A stretch of 24,000 bases of DNA from an uncultured Peptoniphilus sp. (lineage in GTDB: Bacteria; Bacillota; Clostridia; Tissierellales; Peptoniphilaceae): the NCBI GenBank assembly GCA_943913915.1, contig CALUAA010000004.1, positions 42,543 to 66,542 of the forward strand, in the 5' to 3' direction. The position numbers were made by a program, and so were the translations under genes. Under the pieces are notes generated by a model that saw only the letters and a program-made list of their open reading frames with translations, made no database searches and was not told where the DNA came from. This document shows positions 1 through 6,215 of this stretch, one piece after another. Position 1 is the stretch's first letter. Every line of letters starts with the position of its first letter.

Positions 1-1
1 A

Positions 2-118
2 GATAATTTAGAAGAGATTAAGGCTGCCTGGGAAAGAATTTCCGAGCCGCTGGAGGCCACATGGGATATTCGCATTCTGCACACCACCGATGAAGGTGCG
101 GAAGTGATAAAAGCATAG
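2..118 (+). CDS. 3' end (last 38 codons) of an unidentified upstream gene
   Basis: The frame is open from the window edge and reads ...DNLEEIKAAWERISEPLEATWDIRILHTTDEGAEVIKA, with TAG at 116-118. A terminator hairpin follows within 5 nt. The fragment is too short to assign a family. Confidence 0.5.
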   Translation, partial: DNLEEIKAAWERISEPLEATWDIRILHTTDEGAEVIKA

Positions 119-122
119 GAAG

Positions 123-148
123 AGGAACTCGCAAGGGTTCCTTTTTTA
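123..148 (+). terminator. Rho-independent terminator of the upstream gene
   Basis: AGGAACTC (123-130) pairs with GGGTTCCT (135-142), an 8-bp stem with one G.U pair around a GCAA tetraloop. A T6 run follows at 142-147. Confidence 0.7.
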
Positions 149-207
149 TTGATCTGTTACGAAAGTATAAAATTCTTAAAAGCGGGAGGCAGAATTTTCT
201 CGGCGTG

Positions 208-237
208 TTACAATAATGGAATACATAAGTCTATAAA
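208..237 (+). promoter_or_regulatory. Candidate sigma-A promoter for the YhgE/Pip gene pair
   Basis: TTACAA (208-213), 18 nt spacer, TATAAA (232-237), lying 20-40 nt upstream of the candidate start codons. This is a motif match only. Confidence 0.3.
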
Positions 238-258
238 GTACGTGAACCGCTGCATGAA

Positions 259-2820
259 ATGTTTAGAAAGATTGATATGAGAAATTCAAATAAAATTTTA
301 AAGCGGGACATGAACAGATTGCGCCGCAATATGGCCGCCATCCTGGTCATTGTAGGTATTTGTCTTCTGCCGTCCCTGTATGCCTGGTTTAATATCGGTG
401 CCAATAAAAATCCCTATGGCAATTTAGAGAGGGTTAAGATCGCCGTTACGAATTTAGATCACCCGACCACTTTCGACGAACGGGAGATTTTTGTAGGCGA
501 CGAAATTATAAAAAATTTAAAACAGAACGATCAAATGGGATGGACCTTTGTCGATAAAGACGAAGCCATAGAGGGATTAAAGCGAGGCGATTATTACGCT
601 GCCATTATCATTCCCGAGGACTTTTCCGAATCGTTCGTTTCGATTATGAAAGGTGAGGGGATTCGCTTTCCGGAACTGGATTATTATGTTAACGAAAAGC
701 TCAACGCCATCGCCCCGAAAATTACATCCAGCGGCTTGGATGCTCTGGAAACGCAGATCAACAGCAAGTTTGTGGCTATGACCTCGGAAGTCTTGGCCGA
801 TGAATTGAAAAAGGGATCCGGCGAGTTCGTCAATGTAGAAGGTGAAAAACGGCAAGATGCTCTGAACGCTCTCATGGATGTGGAAAACAATTTGCTTTCC
901 TATCACGACAATCTGAAAACTATGGACGACAAATTGACGCGCATGGACGGGCTCACGAAAGATGTGCGGCAGCAAGTGGCATCCATGAAAGGGGTTGTGA
1001 AAAAAGGGGAGCTCACCCTTGCCGATTCAAAGGCTCTCCTCGACGAGACCCGCCGGGAGAGCGAAAAAATCATTCGCGCATACGACGACTTAATGAACGA
1101 TATGGAGCGATTGAATGTTCTCGCGGGGAATTATTCCGGGAAAAAGTACCAATCTCTGGATAAAGACTTAAGTTTGGCCGGGCGGGAAGGCGCCGTGGCC
1201 CTCAGCGGTTTTCAGCACGTAAATACTTTGAGTGGCGAGATTTTAAGAGAGTTTGAATGTATTGATCCCGTCCCAGAGGAGATGAAACCTTTAAATCTAT
1301 TAGGTCAGTGGCGAAATATTCACGATCGAAACGGAAGAATCCTCTCTACTCTGGAGGCGCAACAACAAACTATCGACGATTCTCTGAAGAGCTTTGAGAA
1401 AAGCTACGCTCAAATGAGCAATATACTGGAAGAATCGTCGAAGAATCATCGGAAGACGCGGGATGAATTTCGCTCAACCGTACCGCCCATGCTTATGCAG
1501 AATATGGATTTGTTAAATCAGGTACATGGGCGTTTTTCTTCCACTCTTTCCACCATGCCCCTCCTTCTCGACGAATTCGACAAAGTATTGGGCGAGATGG
1601 AATCTTTAATCGACGACTCTCACAAGACCATCAACACAAGCCTTACCAGTTTGGATCGGGCGGAAAATACCATCGAAACCCTTCGCACCGATCTCTCTCA
1701 ATTGGCACGGGGCCCTCTCTATAAAAAAATAAATGAAATTCCGGCCATGGATTCCGAAAAGTTTTCCGCCTTTATGGGTGAGCCGGTTCGCATCGAGGAA
1801 CATGCCGTTTATAAAAGCGACAACTACGGCAGTGCCATGACACCGTTTTTCACTAATCTCGCCCTTTGGGTCGGCGGTATGATTTTAATTTCCATTTTAA
1901 AAATCGACGTGGATCGAGACGAGGAAATTCCCGAATTCACTTTTGCAGAAGGCTATGTAGGCCGATGGAAACTCTTCGCCTTATTAGGTCTTGTGCAGGC
2001 TTTAATCGTCAGCACGGGAGACCTCGTGATCTTAAAAGTGCAGTGCGAAAACCCGGCGCTTTTCGTGGCGACGGCTCTCCTTTCCTCCCTCGCCTACGTA
2101 TCTATTATCTTTTCTCTGACGGGAACATTCAGAAATATCGGCAAAGCCATAGCAGTTATCGTGTTGATTCTGCAAATTCCCGGCGCATCGGGAACCTATC
2201 CCATTGAAATGATGGCGCCTTTTTTCCAATCCATTTATCCCTTCCTGCCGTTTCACTACGGAATCGACGGTTTGCGGGAGACAATGATGGGGATTTATTG
2301 GCCTCATTTTGTGAAGGATTGGTTGATTTTAATAAGCTATATCCCCATGTCCTTTTTGCTGGGCCTATACGGACCGAAATTACTAAGCAGTTTAAGCCGT
2401 ACTTTTGACGAGCGATTGGCAGTGAGCGAACTGATTCATGCCGACTTTCCCCATGGCAGGGAAATGACCGGAGGGGATATGGTGTTGACCCTTCTTCAAG
2501 GGGATGAGACGAAACTCTCGAAGATGCGACATAAGCAAAATCACTTCTTCGAAACCTATAAAAAACGGAAATTTTACGCTTTTGTGGCGCTTTTTGTAGT
2601 GCCCTCCGTTTTTCTGATTTTGTTATTTAATATGGAGACAAAAATTCGCTATCTGGTGACGTGGGTAGTATCGGTTATTGCCTTCGCTACTTATCTTATC
2701 TGGCTGGAGCTCAGGTACGATCGCTACGAAAACGAAAGAAAGCTCATGGGCCTTTCCGAAGAAGAATTGCTGAAACACATTAAAAGGAACGATCATGAAA
2801 ATGATTTGGAATCACATTAA
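259..2820 (+). CDS. YhgE/Pip-domain membrane protein, paralog 1 (853 aa from the ATG at 259; the ATG at 277 is an equally plausible start)
   Basis: N-terminal anchor and family motifs: LLPSLYAWFNIGANKNPYG, KIAVTNLD, YYAAIIIPEDFS, YYVNEKLNAIAPK. There is a long helical central region, then a C-terminal multi-TM bundle (NYGSAMTPFFTNLALWVGG, IGKAIAVIVLILQIPGASGTYPIE, LPFHYG). Starting at 277 gives the same N-terminal length as paralog 2 and follows a weak AGAAAG. Confidence 0.85.
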   Translation: MFRKIDMRNSNKILKRDMNRLRRNMAAILVIVGICLLPSLYAWFNIGANKNPYGNLERVKIAVTNLDHPTTFDEREIFVGDEIIKNLKQNDQMGWTFVDKDEAIEGLKRGDYYAAIIIPEDFSESFVSIMKGEGIRFPELDYYVNEKLNAIAPKITSSGLDALETQINSKFVAMTSEVLADELKKGSGEFVNVEGEKRQDALNALMDVENNLLSYHDNLKTMDDKLTRMDGLTKDVRQQVASMKGVVKKGELTLADSKALLDETRRESEKIIRAYDDLMNDMERLNVLAGNYSGKKYQSLDKDLSLAGREGAVALSGFQHVNTLSGEILREFECIDPVPEEMKPLNLLGQWRNIHDRNGRILSTLEAQQQTIDDSLKSFEKSYAQMSNILEESSKNHRKTRDEFRSTVPPMLMQNMDLLNQVHGRFSSTLSTMPLLLDEFDKVLGEMESLIDDSHKTINTSLTSLDRAENTIETLRTDLSQLARGPLYKKINEIPAMDSEKFSAFMGEPVRIEEHAVYKSDNYGSAMTPFFTNLALWVGGMILISILKIDVDRDEEIPEFTFAEGYVGRWKLFALLGLVQALIVSTGDLVILKVQCENPALFVATALLSSLAYVSIIFSLTGTFRNIGKAIAVIVLILQIPGASGTYPIEMMAPFFQSIYPFLPFHYGIDGLRETMMGIYWPHFVKDWLILISYIPMSFLLGLYGPKLLSSLSRTFDERLAVSELIHADFPHGREMTGGDMVLTLLQGDETKLSKMRHKQNHFFETYKKRKFYAFVALFVVPSVFLILLFNMETKIRYLVTWVVSVIAFATYLIWLELRYDRYENERKLMGLSEEELLKHIKRNDHENDLESH

Positions 2821-4975
2821 AGAAGATTTTTCCAGGATCAAATCCAACAGCATCGTCTTGGTAGTTATTATGGGAATCAGTTTGATTCCCTGCCTCTACG
2901 CTTGGTTTAATATCGGTGCCTCTTGGGATCCCTATGAAGAGACCAAAGGGATTCGCATTGCCGTTGTAAACGATGATAAGGGCTATACGCCTACTTTAAT
3001 AAAAACGCACATTGTTATCGGCGATAAAATAAAACTGAATCTCGGTGTCAACGAGCAAATGGACTGGATCTTTACGGAGCGGAACGACGCCATAGAGGGC
3101 GTAAGGAGTGGAAAATACTACGCCGCCATCGTCATTCCGCCTGATTTCAGCGAGAAGATGTTTTCCTTTACCTCCTCCGAGGCGGAAGCGCCCTCCCTTC
3201 ACTATTATGTAAACGAAAAGAAAAATGCCATTGCCCCGAAAGTAACAGGCAAGGGCGCCGGCGCCGTAACAGAAACCGTGAGAGGTACCTTTATCGAAAC
3301 TCTCTACGCCACGTCCTTTGAGAGCCTTATGGCTCTTTCCGACGAGACGAAGAGTGTAGGGGAAGGGGAAATGTGGCAGGCCCTTCAGGAGCAGCTGAGA
3401 AAGAGTTCCGACGCCTTGGCCGTACAGGAATCTACACTCCGTTCCTTCCAAAGTTTGGCCCGTTCCTCGGGAGATGTGCTGGCAACCGGAGAGGGATTTA
3501 TGGATCTTTCGGAAAAAACGGTTAAAGACGGCATGAAGAATATGGAGGCGAACAAAAAAGATCTTCAGACCATGAGGAGCTCCCTGGAGTCTTTAAATCG
3601 CAGTGCGGAACAGGCGCTGGATAAAAATTTGAACTATATGAACGCTCTAAGCGGTAGCGTAGACGAACTCTTTGCCGAAGGCGAGAAAAGTAGAGCAGAG
3701 ACCCGCGCAAACGGAGAGACCATGGTGGCTACTCTGGAAAAGGATATAAACGATAAAAAAGAAATCGGGGAAAAAATCTGTCGCCTAAATACAAAACTTC
3801 CCATTCCCCTCAGAGGACTTGATAGAGCGAGGGATAAAATCCTTCGAAGTATCGAATATGAGGAGATGATGGTAAGTTCTCTGAAGCGCATTGTTGCAAA
3901 AGACGAGGCCTCCGACGAGAAGGTTCAGAACGCCCGCAGAGAATTTTTAGAGTATCGAGACAAGAACGTGAATAATTTAAAATCGCTACGCCGCGATTTT
4001 TCAGAGAATATTCTTTCGAAGTATGGAGTGGTGGAAAATGACTTTGATTCTGTTCGTACTTCCATGGACGATCTTTGGGGCGATGCCCGCGGCTCCGTTG
4101 ATTCGGTACGCTCCCTTTCCGGCGACATACAAAGAGATCTCGATAAGCTCTCCGGCGCCATGGATGAATCCATCGCTCTATTAAACGGCGCCAAGGGACG
4201 AGTGGACGATCTCTATGATCGCACGGTGGCCCTCGAGCACTCAGACGGTGTGGAAAAATTAAATCTTTTTCTAAAACAGGATACGGAAGATTTAAGCCGC
4301 TTTCTCTCCGGACCTGTAGGCACCAATACCCATCGCCTCTATCCGGTGGAGAATTACGGCTCCGGCATGGCGGCTTTTTATACCACCCTCTCTCTTTGGG
4401 TCGGAGCGGTCATCCAGGTGGCGCTTATTAATGTGTCGACGCCGAAATCCTATATCGAAAAGTACGGCGAGTTTAAGCCTCATGAAACCTATTTCGGAAG
4501 GCTCACTTTGTTTATCGCCATCTCTCTTATTCAAAGCACCTTTATCACCCTAGGAAATTTATATTTTCTCGGCGTGCAATGTCTCCATCCCGGGTATTTT
4601 CTCCTGGCTTCTTGGGTCGCCGGCATGATCTTTACAATCCTGATCTACACCCTGACCATTTCCTTCGGCGACATTGGTAAGGCTCTTTGTGTCGTGCTCA
4701 TGGTCATTCAGGTAGCAGGTTCCGGTGGTACATTCCCCATCGATGTAGCGCCCTCTTTTTTCAGAAAGCTCTACGACTACCTGCCCTTCGTTCACAGTAT
4801 GAACGCCATGAAGGAAACCATCGCCGGATTTTACGGCAATGCTTACTTCAAAGAGCTTATGATCCTGCAGCTATATTTTGCAGCATCTCTACTGCAGGGA
4901 CTCGTCCTGCGTAAGCCTTTAATGCATTTAAACGAAGTTTTTGAAGAGAAGCTGGAAGATACGAAATTAATGTAA
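2795..4975 (+). CDS. YhgE/Pip-domain membrane protein, paralog 2 (726 aa)
   Basis: It has the same architecture and motifs as paralog 1: LIPCLYAWFNIGASWDPYE, RIAVVNDD, YYAAIVIPPDFS, YYVNEKKNAIAPK, NYGSGMAAFYTTLSLWVGA, IGKALCVVLMVIQVAGSGGTFPID, LPFVHS. Its ATG lies 26 nt inside the end of paralog 1, after AAGGA at 2783-2787. Confidence 0.85.
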   Translation: MKMIWNHIKEDFSRIKSNSIVLVVIMGISLIPCLYAWFNIGASWDPYEETKGIRIAVVNDDKGYTPTLIKTHIVIGDKIKLNLGVNEQMDWIFTERNDAIEGVRSGKYYAAIVIPPDFSEKMFSFTSSEAEAPSLHYYVNEKKNAIAPKVTGKGAGAVTETVRGTFIETLYATSFESLMALSDETKSVGEGEMWQALQEQLRKSSDALAVQESTLRSFQSLARSSGDVLATGEGFMDLSEKTVKDGMKNMEANKKDLQTMRSSLESLNRSAEQALDKNLNYMNALSGSVDELFAEGEKSRAETRANGETMVATLEKDINDKKEIGEKICRLNTKLPIPLRGLDRARDKILRSIEYEEMMVSSLKRIVAKDEASDEKVQNARREFLEYRDKNVNNLKSLRRDFSENILSKYGVVENDFDSVRTSMDDLWGDARGSVDSVRSLSGDIQRDLDKLSGAMDESIALLNGAKGRVDDLYDRTVALEHSDGVEKLNLFLKQDTEDLSRFLSGPVGTNTHRLYPVENYGSGMAAFYTTLSLWVGAVIQVALINVSTPKSYIEKYGEFKPHETYFGRLTLFIAISLIQSTFITLGNLYFLGVQCLHPGYFLLASWVAGMIFTILIYTLTISFGDIGKALCVVLMVIQVAGSGGTFPIDVAPSFFRKLYDYLPFVHSMNAMKETIAGFYGNAYFKELMILQLYFAASLLQGLVLRKPLMHLNEVFEEKLEDTKLM

Positions 4976-4982
4976 TAAAAAA

Positions 4983-5010
4983 GCCTTCCGCCGGGGAACC
5001 GGCAGAGGGC
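4983..5010. terminator. Shared bidirectional terminator between convergent genes
   Basis: GCCTTCCGCCGG (4983-4994), GGAA loop, CCGGCAGAGGGC (4999-5010). This is a 12-position stem with one C-A mismatch and one G.U pair. An A6 run lies on the left (4977-4982) and a T-rich tract on the right (5011-5020). It sits exactly between the two stop codons. Confidence 0.55.
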
Positions 5011-5013
5011 TAT

Positions 5014-6150
5014 TTATTTTGTCTTGGCAATTTCTTTTTGAATACGATAGAGGAAGGCTTCCATAATATGTGCCATCCGCCCGTGGGATACATTGGCCTG
5101 TACGCGGAAGAGATTTCCCGTACCGTCCAACTCGCCGTCGTTGATCTCATCCATTATTTTCTTCAGATCCACGTTTAAATCGGCGCTTCGTATAACGTGA
5201 ATTTGAGCGTTGCTTCCATTGGGAATACCATAGATCTGAACGGTCTTCGGTTTTTTCTGAATAGCGGATGTAAGCTGTTTAAAGTTTTTAAAATTAATAT
5301 TTTCAAGGGTAAGGTAAATATAACCTACACCGTCGATGGAGCGTCGTCTCGCCATAAATTCCTGCACCTGTTCAAGACCTAATTGAGATTCCAAAGAGTC
5401 GATGGTCTTTTTCTGATCGTCAATTTTTCCCTGAAGTGATTTAACGCCTTGCCAAATTTCTTTCGGCGTGTGAACATTTAAGTACATGGAAAGATTCTTT
5501 GTAAGGTAGCGATGACTGCGATAATCGTCCAATGCCTCTTTACCCGTGACAAAATTAATCTTAAGCCCTTCTTCTGTTTTTTCAACAGACTTTACGGCAA
5601 AAAGCGCCAATTCTCCGGTCTGTTTCAGTACAGGACCATAGCTCTTATGTTCGCCCACAGTCGCAATTTCTACAGAATCCGAATGTTCTTGAATCGGCAA
5701 ATTAGATTCGATAAGATGATTTACAAAGTTCTCTATTTTTTCCAGCGTCATAAAGCCGATGTCGTCGGTATCGATGAGAACGAAACATTCCTCAGCCGTT
5801 TCCGCGTCGAGAATCGGGTGGTGGATCAATTTATCCACGGCGGCAATTAGTAGTATTCGAGCGATATTATCCTGCATATGTTGCAGACGGCGAGCCCAGT
5901 CGATAGAAAGTTCCTTTTCCTTTCCGCTTTCGGCGGTTTCGACTTTGCACTGAATGTGTCCGTCGCCTGTCGCGCTGTATTCGACCGCTTGATTGTCGAT
6001 AAAAAGAGCATCTCCCGCGGAATATTTTTCGATGGGCGGCGCCACAATACTATCTTCCAATAAAAAATAATGGTAGCCTTTGCTTTTTACAGTGTCAGGA
6101 ACCGTGATGTTCATGGTCTTGCGATAAGGTTCCGATAAATATAGGGCCAT
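5014..6150 (-). CDS. AlaX-L-like protein (alanyl-tRNA editing / tRNA_SAD + DHHA1-like architecture) with degenerate catalytic motifs, 378 aa
   Basis: A strong RBS (AAAGGAGG) precedes the ATG at 6150. The N-terminus LYLSEPYRKTMNITV resembles the AlaX start LY..D.Y...F.A.V. IDWARRLQHMQDNIARILL aligns to the IDW.RR...M..HT..H.L motif. VGEHKSYGPVLKQTGELALFAV aligns to the ..CGGTHV.NTGEIG.F.I motif. The C-terminal DGTGNLFRVQANV sits where the DHHA1 GGGG...AQ.GG motif would be. The family call is by eye and the catalytic residues are not conserved. Confidence 0.6.
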   Translation of the reverse strand: MALYLSEPYRKTMNITVPDTVKSKGYHYFLLEDSIVAPPIEKYSAGDALFIDNQAVEYSATGDGHIQCKVETAESGKEKELSIDWARRLQHMQDNIARILLIAAVDKLIHHPILDAETAEECFVLIDTDDIGFMTLEKIENFVNHLIESNLPIQEHSDSVEIATVGEHKSYGPVLKQTGELALFAVKSVEKTEEGLKINFVTGKEALDDYRSHRYLTKNLSMYLNVHTPKEIWQGVKSLQGKIDDQKKTIDSLESQLGLEQVQEFMARRRSIDGVGYIYLTLENINFKNFKQLTSAIQKKPKTVQIYGIPNGSNAQIHVIRSADLNVDLKKIMDEINDGELDGTGNLFRVQANVSHGRMAHIMEAFLYRIQKEIAKTK

Positions 6151-6215
6151 AAACGCCTCCTTTAAATGTTTATATTATTTTATCATATTCGAAGAAATTA
6201 AGAGAGTAGGTCTCT

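Noticed and set aside
259-4975. The idea that the YhgE/Pip pair marks a type VII secretion locus (EsaA/YueB-like)
   Set aside because: No EssC/FtsK-like ATPase, EssB, EsaB or WXG100 genes are in the window. The flanking genes are an unidentified upstream gene followed by a terminator, and an AlaX-like gene. Only the remote family relationship is retained as context.
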